Below are positions 40,599 to 50,425 of a DNA stretch of 64,000 bases, piece by piece. Numbering within the stretch: position 1 is the stretch's first letter; the number at the start of each line of letters is the position of its first letter. Source of the stretch: an uncultured delta proteobacterium (GTDB lineage Bacteria > Myxococcota_A > UBA9160 > UBA4427); contig CAWGJT010000006.1 in the NCBI GenBank assembly GCA_963822965.1, positions 1 to 64,000 on the forward strand, given 5' to 3'. Under the pieces are notes generated by a model. That model was not told the DNA's origin. It saw nothing but the letters and a program-made list of their open reading frames with translations, and did not search any database. The position numbers and the translations under genes were made by a program.

Positions 40599-42182
40599 CT
40601 AGATCGAGAGCTCGGCCATGGGTCGGTCGCCGGGATACAGGTGGAAGAGCAGCCGCGTGATGACGAGCGCCGTGAAGACGCTGGTCACGATGCCGACCGA
40701 GAGGGTCACCGCGAAGCCCTTGATGGGACCGGTCCCGTACTGGAACAGGATGACGGCCGTGATGAGCGTGGTGATGTTCGCGTCGAGCACCGTCCAGAGC
40801 GCCTTGTAGAAGCCCGTGGCGATGGAAGTTCGCACCGTCTTGCCGATCCGGAGCTCTTCGCGGATGCGCTCGAAGATGATCACGTTGGCGTCGATGGCCA
40901 TGCCGACGGTGAGCACCAGACCCGCGATGCCGGGCAGCGTGAGGGTCGCGTCGAAGAGCGACATCACGCCGATCAGCATCACCAGGTTCGCCACCAGGGC
41001 GATGCTCGCGTACACCCCCGAGAGCCGGTAGTAGCCCACCGCGAAGCCCAGCACGAGGATCAGCCCGACCGCCGACGCCATCACGCCGCTGTCGATGGAG
41101 TCCTGCCCGAGCGCCGGACCGATGGTGCGCTCCTCCTCGATCACGACGGGCACCGAGAGCGCGCCGGCGCGCAGCACCACCGCGAGGTCGGCCGCCTCCT
41201 GGGAAGAGAAGCGTCCGGTGATCTGCCCGCGCGTGGTGATGCGGCTGTTGATGGTCGGGGCGCTGTAGACGTTGTCGTCCAGGATGATCGCCAGGGGCTT
41301 GCCGATGTTCTCCTCGGTGAGCTTGCCGAAGATCTCGCCGCCGTCGGGGTTGAAGCGGAAGTTCACCAGCGGGCGCTGTTGGGGGTCGAAGCCCACCCGC
41401 GCGTCCTCGAGGTAGTCGCCGGTGATGTCGGGCGTCTTCGGCACCAGGTAGGCCGCGGTGACGCGATCCGTCTCCCGGTCGCGCTCGAGCTGGATCATGT
41501 CGCCTTCGGGCAGGCCGTCGGGGTAGCGGGCACGCAGCAGCTCCTCGCTCACGTCCCGGTCCTTGACGATCTTGAACTCGAGGAAGCCCGTCGACTTGAG
41601 GAGCGAGCGCGCCCGGGTGCGGTCGATCTGGCCGCCCGGGATCTGCACGAGCACCCGGTCGATCCCCTGCCGGGTGACGACCGAGTCGGGAATGCCGCGC
41701 ACCGGATCGTCGATGCGGCGCCGGAGCACCTCGAGCACCTGCAGCATGGTGCGCTCGCGGATCTCCTTCTCCCAGCGCGAGGTGAGCGTGAAGCGCAGGG
41801 TGTTGCCGTCGCGCCCGGCCGACTGCAGCACCCCCGTGTCCTCGGCCGCGGTCTCGACCTTGTCGGCGTCCGCCTCCGAGGCCGCCTCGACCACCAGCTG
41901 GCCCTTCTCGACGCTCAGGTGCTCGGACGTGACGCCCTCCTGCTCCAGGGCGTCCTTCACGTTGCTGCGCAGGTAGTCGAGCTCGCGCGCGACGGCGGCC
42001 GGAAGGTCGACGCCCACCACCCAGTGGATGCCGCCCTGCAGGTCGAGCCCCAGCCGCAGGCTGTCGTCGGGCAGCCAGTTGCTGGCCAGGCGCTCCTGCT
42101 TGGGAATGAAGTTCGCCACCGCGAGCCACGCGAACAGCAGCACGACCGCACTCGTCGAGATCCACCGCCAGCGCAGGCTCAC
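40599..42182 (-). CDS. secD: Protein translocase subunit SecD
   Basis: LGLDLQGG, GPALGQDSI, TLPGIAG, GMAIDANV.IFERIRE, GPIKGFA. Confidence 0.97.
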   Translation of the reverse strand: MSLRWRWISTSAVVLLFAWLAVANFIPKQERLASNWLPDDSLRLGLDLQGGIHWVVGVDLPAAVARELDYLRSNVKDALEQEGVTSEHLSVEKGQLVVEAASEADADKVETAAEDTGVLQSAGRDGNTLRFTLTSRWEKEIRERTMLQVLEVLRRRIDDPVRGIPDSVVTRQGIDRVLVQIPGGQIDRTRARSLLKSTGFLEFKIVKDRDVSEELLRARYPDGLPEGDMIQLERDRETDRVTAAYLVPKTPDITGDYLEDARVGFDPQQRPLVNFRFNPDGGEIFGKLTEENIGKPLAIILDDNVYSAPTINSRITTRGQITGRFSSQEAADLAVVLRAGALSVPVVIEEERTIGPALGQDSIDSGVMASAVGLILVLGFAVGYYRLSGVYASIALVANLVMLIGVMSLFDATLTLPGIAGLVLTVGMAIDANVIIFERIREELRIGKTVRTSIATGFYKALWTVLDANITTLITAVILFQYGTGPIKGFAVTLSVGIVTSVFTALVITRLLFHLYPGDRPMAELSI

Positions 42183-42550
42183 GCCTCGTCTCCCTTCTTG
42201 TCCTTCTTGCCGTCCGCGTCGGCGCCACCGCCCCGGGGCGCGACGCTCTCGATCCGGGCGCGTGACACCTGCACGCGCACCGCCTGGCCCTTCAGGTTGG
42301 CGATCTCCAGGGTGACCGTGTCCTCGGCGGTGGCCACGATCTTGCCGTGCAGGCCCCCGGCGGTGACCACGTGATCGCCCTTGGCGGCGCTCTTGACCGC
42401 CTCCTCGAGGGCGCGCTGCTTCTTCTGCTGCGGCCGCAGCACGAGGAAGTAGAAGATCGCGAAGATCGCTCCCATCATCAGGAAGAAGCTCGCGTCCATT
42501 CCGCGGGCCGCGGGCGCGGCCTCCTGCGCGGCGTACCAGAACCGGTTCAT
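42179..42550 (-). CDS. yajC: Preprotein translocase subunit YajC
   Basis: IFYFLVLRPQQKK..KGDHVVTAGGLHG. Confidence 0.95.
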   Translation of the reverse strand: MNRFWYAAQEAAPAARGMDASFFLMMGAIFAIFYFLVLRPQQKKQRALEEAVKSAAKGDHVVTAGGLHGKIVATAEDTVTLEIANLKGQAVRVQVSRARIESVAPRGGGADADGKKDKKGDEA

Positions 42551-43758
42551 CGGCCTCCTCCGAGCGCCCGAGCGCCTCCCGACCAGCTACCCCGGGTGAG
42601 CTTGGCACCCGGATAGAAGGTACGGAGGATCGCGCGATAGTCGTCCCCGCGTCGGGCCATGGCCCGCGCGCCCCACTGGCTCATTCCCACTCCGTGACCG
42701 TTCCCCGAGCCCACGACGACGAAGTCGTCCCCGTCCTCGCGCAGCTCGAAGAGCGTGCTCTTCAGGTTCGACTCGCCCAGGACGCTGCGCAGCTCCCGAC
42801 CGCTCAGGACCGCCGTGCCTCGCTCCCCGGTGAGCTCGACCGAGGCCACCCGACCGCTCTCGGTCCGCTGGCCGACTCGCGCCGCGACGACGGGCCCGAT
42901 TTGGTGGCCCAGGGCTTCCGCGGCGCGGCCGAGTGTCGTCCGGGAGACCCGAACCCGCCAGTAGGAATCCGGAGAGTCCCACTCGTCCTCCACCGGGACG
43001 CTCACCAGGTAGTCGCGCGATTCGCCCCACACCTCCCGGGCACTGGCCGTGCGGCCGCCCGACGACGAGTGGAAGACCGCCAGGATCGGATCGCCGCCCT
43101 CGGTGAGGATCTCGCCGCGGGTCGCCTCGACGGCGGCGCGCACGGCGTCGGATTCGGCCTCGACGCCCGCGTAGACCTGGGACGAGGCGCCCGCAGAGAC
43201 GTACCAGGGCCGTTCGCGGCGGCTCATCAGCTCGTGGAGCGCATAGGTGCGGCTGGCCACCGCCTGGGCCTCCAGCGCGCTCGCGCTCCACGAGCCGTAC
43301 ATCTCCCGGGCCAGGATGCCGTTCAGGTAGCTCTCGAGGGGCACCTCGTTGACGACGGCCAGCCCGGGGCGGGCGCCGTCCGTCGGCGCGAGCACGGCGA
43401 GCACCTCCACCACGCCCCGCACCCGGACGCCCTGCACGTCGAACGGCCCCCCCGAGGCCGAAGACCGCCAGCTCGAGACGATGGGGCCCCCGTTCACCCG
43501 CAGGCCCTCGCCGGGCGCCCAGGTGATGCGGGCGAGGCGGCGGCCGCTCGCCGCCTCGGCGACCACCACCTCGTCCTGCCCCTGGCGGAGCAGCACGCGC
43601 ATCCAGGGCTCACCGGCGGCGCCCACCCCGGGAAGCGCGGCCGGGCTCCAGCTGGAAGCCGTGCTCCCGCACGCGAGGGCCAGGCAGGCCGCCAGTGCGA
43701 TCGCCTCTCGTCGGCTCCGTCGGCGCCGTCCCTCCCGCTCTTCCCCCCGAAGAGACAA
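42547..43758 (-). CDS. SpoIID/LytB domain protein (lytic transglycosylase-like)
   Basis: VNEVPLESYL, ALEAQAVASRTYA, QVY, FHSSSGGRT, GNGHGVGMSQWGA, FYPG. Confidence 0.92.
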   Translation of the reverse strand: MSLRGEEREGRRRRSRREAIALAACLALACGSTASSWSPAALPGVGAAGEPWMRVLLRQGQDEVVVAEAASGRRLARITWAPGEGLRVNGGPIVSSWRSSASGGPFDVQGVRVRGVVEVLAVLAPTDGARPGLAVVNEVPLESYLNGILAREMYGSWSASALEAQAVASRTYALHELMSRRERPWYVSAGASSQVYAGVEAESDAVRAAVEATRGEILTEGGDPILAVFHSSSGGRTASAREVWGESRDYLVSVPVEDEWDSPDSYWRVRVSRTTLGRAAEALGHQIGPVVAARVGQRTESGRVASVELTGERGTAVLSGRELRSVLGESNLKSTLFELREDGDDFVVVGSGNGHGVGMSQWGARAMARRGDDYRAILRTFYPGAKLTRGSWSGGARALGGGR

Positions 43759-43767
43759 GAAGGCCGC

Positions 43768-44931
43768 CTACAGGTCCCGGGCGATGGCCTCGGCCTTGTC
43801 CGTGGCCTCCCAGGGGAAGCCCTCGTTCTCCCGGCCGAAATGCCCGTGGTAGGAGGTCGCCCGGTAGATCGGACGCCGCAGGTCGAGCCCCTCGATGATG
43901 CCGCGCGGGGTGAGATCGAAGTGCTTGCGGACGATCCGCTCGAGCTCGGCATGGGAGAGCCGGCTGGTGCCGAAATGGTCGACGCGGATCGACACCGGCT
44001 CGGCGACGCCGATCGCGTAGGCGAGCTGCACCTCGGCGCGGGCCGCGGCCCCCGCCTTGACGAGGTTCTTGGCCACCTAGCGGGCCGCGTAGGCCGCACT
44101 GCGGTCGACCTTGGACGGATCCTTGCCCGAGAAGGCGCCGCCGCCGTGCCGGCCCATGCCGCCGTAGGTGTCCACGATGATCTTGCGGCCGGTGAGACCC
44201 GCGTCGCCCATGGGTCCGCCGATCACGAAGCGACCGGTCGGGTTCACGTGGAAGATCGTGTCGCGGTCGAGCAGCCCGGCGGGAAAGGCCGGCCGGATCA
44301 CCTGCTCGATGATGTCGTCGCGCAGCTTGTCGTAGCCCACGTCGGGAGCGTGCTGGGTGGAGAGGACGACGGCATCCACCCGGATGGGGCGATCGTGCTC
44401 GTCGTACTCGACCGTCACCTGGGACTTCGCGTCGGGGCGCAGGTACTCGAGCTCGCCGGACTCGAACTTGTGGCGGTGCGGCTCGATCAGCCTGTGGGCG
44501 TAGCGGATCGGCGCCGGCATCAGCTCGGGCGTCTCGTTGCACGCGTAGCCGAACATCATGCCCTGGTCGCCGGCGCCCTGCTCCTTGTGGAGCCCCTCGC
44601 CCTCGGAGACGCCCTGGGCGATGTCCGGAGACTGCTTGCCGAGGGCGACCTGCACCGCACAGGTGGCGGCGTCGAAGCCCATGTCCGAGCTCGTGTAGCC
44701 GATGTCGGCCACCACGCCGCGGACCAGGGAGCCGATGTCCACCTGGGCCTTGGTGGTGACCTCGCCCAGGACCATCACCAGCCCGGTCGTCGTGGCGGTC
44801 TCGCAGGCCACCCGCGAGTGGGGGTCCTGCTCGAGCATCGCGTCGAGAATGGCGTCCGAGACCTGGTCACACATCTTGTCGGGGTGACCCATCGAGACGG
44901 ACTCCGAGGTGAAGAAGATGCGACTGGCCAT
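43768..44931 (-). CDS. metK: S-adenosylmethionine synthetase (in-frame TAG at 44077-44079)
   Basis: [46 protein letters not shown]; the same frame continues after TAG with VAKNLV...YGHFGR. Confidence 0.95.
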
Positions 44932-45221
44932 CGAGGTGCTCTCCTGCAGGGCCGCCGCCGGGGGGCGGCCGGGTTTGCGCGTTCCTGGGGCCGTAGCTGT
45001 GGGGGACCGGCTCGCCCGGTGCGAGGGGCCCGCAGGGTAGGTGACGCCCCGACGTCGTTCAAACGAACGTCTGAGAGAGAGTGACCCGGAGCGGGCTTCG
45101 GGTGACGTGCGCCTCGCGCCGGGCGCCGGAGGGCTCTAGAAGGCCACCCCGCGCCGCACGAGGGGGCCCTGCCGCGGCTTTCGGGGGGCCGGGCCGCGTT
45201 CCCGGGCGGGCCTCCCCGGCT

Positions 45222-45284
45222 GCCCGGGTCGGCTCCGCTGCGGCCCGGTTCGGCTCTGCGGCGGCCCGGGTTGGCTCTGCGGCG
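45222..45284. repeat. Imperfect tandem repeat, 21 bp x 3
   Basis: GCCCGGGTCGGCTCCGCTGCG / GCCCGGTTCGGCTCTGCGGCG / GCCCGGGTTGGCTCTGCGGCG. Confidence 0.85.
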
Positions 45285-45320
45285 GAGCCGCGACCCGAGA
45301 CCCCGTCTTGGGTCAGGCTC

Positions 45321-45611
45321 CTAGGCGCTCTCGGCCTCGCGCTCGGTCAGCAGCGCGCCCAGGGCGTCGATGGCCTCCTGGGCGTCCGGCCCCTCTGCCC
45401 GCAGCCGCAGGGTCGTCCCCCGGCTGGCCGCCAGGGACAGGATGGAGAGCACGCTGCGACCGCTCACCCACTCCTCGTCGTCCTCCCGGGCGACCGAGAT
45501 CTCGCTCTCGAAGCGCCCGGCCAGGCTCACGAAGCGCCCGGCGGGCCGGGCGTGCAGCCCCAGCTCGCTCTGCACGGTGAACTTCGCCTCGATCGGCGCT
45601 TCCTGGCTCAC
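45321..45611 (-). CDS. ptsH: Phosphocarrier protein HPr
   Basis: GLHARPA; VSGRSVLSILSL (Ser46-equivalent region). Confidence 0.93.
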   Translation of the reverse strand: MSQEAPIEAKFTVQSELGLHARPAGRFVSLAGRFESEISVAREDDEEWVSGRSVLSILSLAASRGTTLRLRAEGPDAQEAIDALGALLTEREAESA

Positions 45612-46021
45612 GTCCTGGCTCCCGGCAGGAGCTCACTGGCCACCGAGATGTTCCGCTGGCCGTACTCCTTGATGAAGGTGGCGAGCTCTTCCAGCGGCTT
45701 GTCCTCGCAGAGCGTGGCGAGCTTGATCAGCATGGGCAGGTTGATGCCCGTCACCACCTCGACGTGGTGCTCGTCGAGGAAGGAGAGGCTCATGTTGGAC
45801 GGGGTTCCCCCGAACATGTCGGTCAGCACCAGCACCCCGTCGCCCTCGTCGGTGGCCTTCAGCGCCGAGGCGATCCCCTTGCGGATTTCCTCGACGGACT
45901 GGCTCGGATCGACGGCCACGGCCGCGAACGGCGGAGCGTCGGGAATGATCAGGCGCAGGGCCTGGAGGAACTCCTCGCCCAGCCGGTAGTGGGTGACGAT
46001 GACGACGCCGATGCGGCTCAT
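45608..46021 (-). CDS. PTS mannose/fructose-type IIA component
   Basis: IGVVIVTH, VLVLTDMFGGTPSN, TGINLPMLI. Confidence 0.93.
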   Translation of the reverse strand: MSRIGVVIVTHYRLGEEFLQALRLIIPDAPPFAAVAVDPSQSVEEIRKGIASALKATDEGDGVLVLTDMFGGTPSNMSLSFLDEHHVEVVTGINLPMLIKLATLCEDKPLEELATFIKEYGQRNISVASELLPGART

Positions 46022-46908
46022 CGCGGCAGGTCCCGGTGATCGACGCTGCACCTCTCGTCCCTCCTCCTCAGGGCCCGGGCCAGGGCGATGGAGACGGCCA
46101 CCGAGCGGTGCTGTCCACCCGTGCAGCCGAGCCCGACGGTGAGATAGGCCTTTCCCTCCTCGTCGTAGAGGGGCAGGAGGAAGCTCACGAACTCGCGCAG
46201 CCGCCGGAAGAACTCCCGGCCCTTGTCGCTCTCGAGCACGTAGCGCGCCACGGCCGGGTCGTGGCCGCTCCGCTCGCGCAGGCCGTCCTCGAAGTACGGG
46301 TTCGGCAGGAAGCGCAGGTCGAAGAGCAGCTCCGCCGACTGCGGCGGGCCGTAGCGGAAGCCGAAGGAGATCAGGTTCACCACGGTCGAGCGTTTCCTCC
46401 CGGAGACGTGCCGGGTGACGGTATCGCGTAGCTGGTGCACGTTCAGCGACGACGTGTCGATGTGGAAGTCCGCCAGGCCCGAGACCTCGGAGAGCAGGCG
46501 TCGCTCCCGGGCGATGCCGTCCCCGACGCTCGTCGGGGAGAGCGGATGCACGCGTCGGGTCTCCCGGTAGCGCTTCTCGAGGATCTCGTCGGCGCAGTCG
46601 AGGAAGATCATCTCGACCGACGTCCCGGTGGCCCGCAGCTCCCGGAACACCTCCGGCAGCCGGCTGAGGAAGCGCTCCTCCCGGGCGTCGACGGCGAGCG
46701 CGATCTTCTCGATGGGCGGCGTCGCCTTCGTGCAGAGATCCAGGAACTGCGAGACGAGCTGGGGCGGCAGGTTGTCCACGCAGTAGAAGTTCAAGTCCTC
46801 CAGGGCCGCCATGGCGGTGGAGCGGCCGCTCCCCGAGAGCCCGGAGACGAAGACGATCCGGGTTCCGGGACGGCCGCCGGGATCGTTCGAGCGCACGCCG
46901 TTGCTCAT
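46018..46908 (-). CDS. rapZ: RNase adapter RapZ
   Basis: SGLSGSGRS, YCVDNLP, ETRRVHPL, SFGFRYG, FLPNPY, GCTGGQHRSV. Confidence 0.95.
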   Translation of the reverse strand: MSNGVRSNDPGGRPGTRIVFVSGLSGSGRSTAMAALEDLNFYCVDNLPPQLVSQFLDLCTKATPPIEKIALAVDAREERFLSRLPEVFRELRATGTSVEMIFLDCADEILEKRYRETRRVHPLSPTSVGDGIARERRLLSEVSGLADFHIDTSSLNVHQLRDTVTRHVSGRKRSTVVNLISFGFRYGPPQSAELLFDLRFLPNPYFEDGLRERSGHDPAVARYVLESDKGREFFRRLREFVSFLLPLYDEEGKAYLTVGLGCTGGQHRSVAVSIALARALRRRDERCSVDHRDLPR

Positions 46909-47444
46909 TGCTGCGCGTGCTCCGCACGCAGACGGGCGTCGAGGCGCTCGGCGGCGTTCGACCCGGCCCGCCGCCGCAGGTGGTCCCGCACGGCCACCTC
47001 CACCAGGGTGGCCATGTTGCGGGCCGGGCGCACCGGCAGCACCAGCGCCGGCAGCGAGACGCCGGCGACGGCCTCTCGCGGCCGATCGATGCCGATCCGC
47101 TCGTAGTCGGCGCCCTCCTGCCACACCTCGAGCCGGCAGACCAGGTCGACGGAGGACTCCTCGCGCACCGCCTCGGCGCCGTACAGCTCGGGGATGTAGA
47201 GGAGGCCGATCCCGCGGATCTCCATGTAGTGGCGGATGCGCTCGGGGGCGGTACCCACCAGCACCGGCGTGCCGCCGTCGGCCGCCTCCACCCGGCGGAT
47301 GCGCACCACGTCGTCGGCCACCAGCCGGTGTCCCCGGGAGACCAGCTCCAGCGCGCACTCGCTCTTGCCGATCCCGCTGTTGCCGAGGAGCAGGACTCCC
47401 ACATCGAGAACGTCGATGAGCGCGCCGTGCGCCTGGATCTCCAT
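46905..47444 (-). CDS. hprK: HPr kinase/phosphorylase, short form (kinase domain only)
   Basis: HGALIDV..GVLLLGNSGIGKSECALEL..HRLVADD, MEIRGIG, PVRPARN. Confidence 0.9.
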   Translation of the reverse strand: MEIQAHGALIDVLDVGVLLLGNSGIGKSECALELVSRGHRLVADDVVRIRRVEAADGGTPVLVGTAPERIRHYMEIRGIGLLYIPELYGAEAVREESSVDLVCRLEVWQEGADYERIGIDRPREAVAGVSLPALVLPVRPARNMATLVEVAVRDHLRRRAGSNAAERLDARLRAEHAQQ

Positions 47445-47560
47445 GGCTCCCTCTGCGAGCCCGACCAACGGCCTCCCGGCTCGTCCCGCGCTGCCAAGAG
47501 GACGAACGCGCGGCGTCGTCCTCAGGTTGCAAGCCAGCGCCCCAGCGGGGCGCTGGCCGC

Positions 47561-48022
47561 TCAGAACTTCGCGTCTTCCTCTTCGATGGCCCGGAAGACG
47601 TCCTCGAGACTCGACGCATCGATCAGCTTCTTGCGGAACTCGGCGTCGCGGAAGAAGCGCGAGATGCGCGCCAGGGCCTTCAGGTGCTGGCCCCCCGAGT
47701 GCTCGGGCACCACCAGCAGGAAGAAGAGATGCGTCGGCTGGCCGTCGATCGACTCGAAATCGACGCCCTTCACGCTGCGGGCGAAGGAGGCGACCAGGCG
47801 GTCGAGGCCCGGCATCTTGCCGTGGGGGATCGCCACGCCCTCCCCGATGCCGGTGCTCTGGAGCGCTTCGCGCTCGAGGAGCACCTGCAGGAGTCGCTCC
47901 GCGGAGAGACCCTTCTCCGCCGCGGCGAGGGAGCGCGCCATCTCCTCGAGCACGGCTTCCTTCGTCTCGGACGCCAGGTCCAGGATGGCCCCGTCCCTGA
48001 CGAGGATGTCCATGATCTTCAA
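47561..48022 (-). CDS. ptsN: PTS IIA nitrogen-regulatory protein
   Basis: LEREALQSTGIGEGVAIPH, HLKALARISR. Confidence 0.92.
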   Translation of the reverse strand: MKIMDILVRDGAILDLASETKEAVLEEMARSLAAAEKGLSAERLLQVLLEREALQSTGIGEGVAIPHGKMPGLDRLVASFARSVKGVDFESIDGQPTHLFFLLVVPEHSGGQHLKALARISRFFRDAEFRKKLIDASSLEDVFRAIEEEDAKF

Positions 48023-48083
48023 GGCCGGTCTCCTCGTGCTCTCAGTCGCCGAGGGCTCGATGCGGGCGCTCCGGGGGCAGTTT

Positions 48084-49640
48084 TTAGCCGATCTGCCGGC
48101 GCTTCGTCGAGGACAGGAGGTTCATCGCCTCCCGATACTTCGTGACGGTGCGCCGCGCGATGTCGATGTTGGCCGACTTCAGCATCTCGGCGATCCGCTG
48201 GTCGGACAGCGGACGCCGCGAATCCTCGTTCAGAATGATCTTCCGGATCTTCTCCTTGACGCTCTCGCTGGCGATCGCCTCGCCGTGGAACCGATTGATG
48301 CTCGAGTTGAAGAAGTACTTGAGCTCGAAGATTCCCTGGGGCGTGTGGACGTACTTGTTGGTCGTCACGCGGCTGACCGTCGACTCGTGCATCTCGATGT
48401 CGTCGGCCACGTCCCGCAGGTTGAGGGGCTTCAGGTGGGAGATGCCGTGCTCGAAGAACTCGCGCTGGTGACTTGATGATGCTCTGCATCACCTTGTAGA
48501 TCGTGCGCTGGCGCTGGTGGATCGACTTGATGAGCCACAGGGCGGAGCGGAGCTTCTCGTGGACGTACTCCCGGGTGTCCTTCGCGACGCTCTTGCCTCC
48601 CGAGAGCACGTCCCGGTAGAGGCTGTTGATCCGCAGCTTCGGCAGCCCGTCCTCGTTCAACAGGATGTGGAAGTCGTCCTCCATCTTGTAGACGTAGATG
48701 TCCGGGACGATGTAGATGGGGTCGTCGCCGCCGAAGGCGCGTCCGGGCTTGCGGCTCGAGCCGGCTGATGACGTTCGCGGCGGCCGAGAGATCTGCCGGG
48801 CTCGCTGCCGTGGCCCGGGTCAGGCCCCGGAAGTCCCGCTTCTGGAGCAGGTCGAGGTGGCGGTCGATGATCGCAGACGACCAGCGGGTCGTCGATCTCG
48901 AGCGTCTGCACCTGCAGCATCAGGCACTCGCGCAGGTTGCGGGCCGCCACACCGGGCGGATCGAGCTGCTGGACCTTCGCGAGCGCCCGCTCCACCAGCG
49001 CCTCGTCAGCGCCGGCCTGCCGCGCGACGTCCTCGACGGGGGACATCAGATAGCCGTCGTCGTCGAGGTTGCCGATGATCCAGCGGCTCACCGCCACCTC
49101 CTCCGGGTCGAAGGCGGAGAGCTGGATCTGCCACGCGAGGTGCTCGGCGAGGGACGGACGGCGCGTGAGCGTCGCCTCGATGGAGGGCCGGTCGTCGTCT
49201 CCCGCCACCCGGGTCTCGAGCCCGGTCTGCGGGTAGTTGTCCATGTAGTTCTCCCACTCGATGTCCGCGATCTTCTCGGCATCGGTGGGGGAATCGTCGG
49301 ACCCGGCCTCGGCTGCCGCCTCGGAAGCGACGCTCTCCGGGGCCCCTTCGGCGTCGGCGCGCGCCTCGGCCGTCTCGGCCTCGGCCGCCGCGGTCTCCGC
49401 GTTGGCCTCGGCCTCGGCGCGGCTCTCGCGATCCTCGCCCGGCGTCTCGTCGGAGGCCTCGCCGGCGGTCCGGTCGTCGCCCTCGCTCTCCTCGAGGACG
49501 GGATTCTCCTGCAGCTCCTGCTCGATCAGCGAGGTGAGCTCCTGCCGGTTCAGCTGCAGCAGCTTGATCGCCTGCTGCAGCTGCGGCGTCATGACGAGCT
49601 GCTGGGAGAGTCGCAGCTGCTGTCGGAGCTCGATGGCCAT
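48084..49640 (-). CDS. rpoN: RNA polymerase sigma-54 factor (indels near 48875, 48750-48775, 48468)
   Basis: LVMTPQLQQAIKLLQL, IIGNLDDDGYL, MHESTVSR, RpoN box ARRTVTKYRE. Confidence 0.96.
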
Positions 49641-49696
49641 CGCGCCTGCTCTTGCCTCCTGTCGCCGTGCCGGCGAGCGATCTCCGCTCGTCCGGG

Positions 49697-50425
49697 CTAG
49701 TGGAGCCTGAAGTTCTTCCCAAGGTAGACCGCCCGAACCTCCGGGTCGTCGGCGATCTCCTCGGGCGTTCCGAGGCGGAGGATCTCCCCGTCCTTGATGA
49801 TATACGCGCGATCGCAGATCGAGAGCGTCTCGCGCACGTTGTGGTCGGTGATGACGACGCCGATGGAGCGGCTCTTGAGCTGCTCGATGATCTTCTGGAT
49901 GTCGATCACGGCGATCGGATCGACCCCCGCGAAGGGCTCGTCGAGGAGCATGTAATGCGGATCGAGCACCAGGGCGCGCGTGATCTCCACCCGGCGGCGC
50001 TCGCCCCCGGAGAGCGAGTCGCCGCGGCGCCCGGCCTTCTCGGAGAGGCCGAGCTCTGCGAGGAGCTCCTCGAGCCGCTCGCGCCGGCGGGTCCGGTCCT
50101 TCTCGATCGTCTCGAGAATCGCGTTCACGTTATCGGCGACCGTGAGCCGGCGGAAGATGCTGGGCTCCTGGGGCAGATAGGTGATGCCGAGGCGTGCCCG
50201 CCGGTACATCGGCAGATCGGTGATCTCGCGGTCGCCGAGGAAGACCCGTCCGCGGGTCGGTCGCACGCTGCCGGCGATCATGTTGAAGGTGGTCGTCTTG
50301 CCGGCCCCGTTCGGTCCCAGCAGCCCCACCACCTCGGCCGGATGCACCTCGACGCTCACGGAGCGCACGGCGTGCTTGCTGCCGTAGACCTTGACGAGAT
50401 CGGACGCGATCAGGGCGTCGCTCAC
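49697..50425 (-). CDS. lptB: LPS export ABC ATPase LptB
   Basis: GPNGAGKTT, YLPQEPSIFR, LSGGERRR, DEPFAGVDP, ITDHNVRETL, VYLG. Confidence 0.96.
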   Translation of the reverse strand: MSDALIASDLVKVYGSKHAVRSVSVEVHPAEVVGLLGPNGAGKTTTFNMIAGSVRPTRGRVFLGDREITDLPMYRRARLGITYLPQEPSIFRRLTVADNVNAILETIEKDRTRRRERLEELLAELGLSEKAGRRGDSLSGGERRRVEITRALVLDPHYMLLDEPFAGVDPIAVIDIQKIIEQLKSRSIGVVITDHNVRETLSICDRAYIIKDGEILRLGTPEEIADDPEVRAVYLGKNFRLH

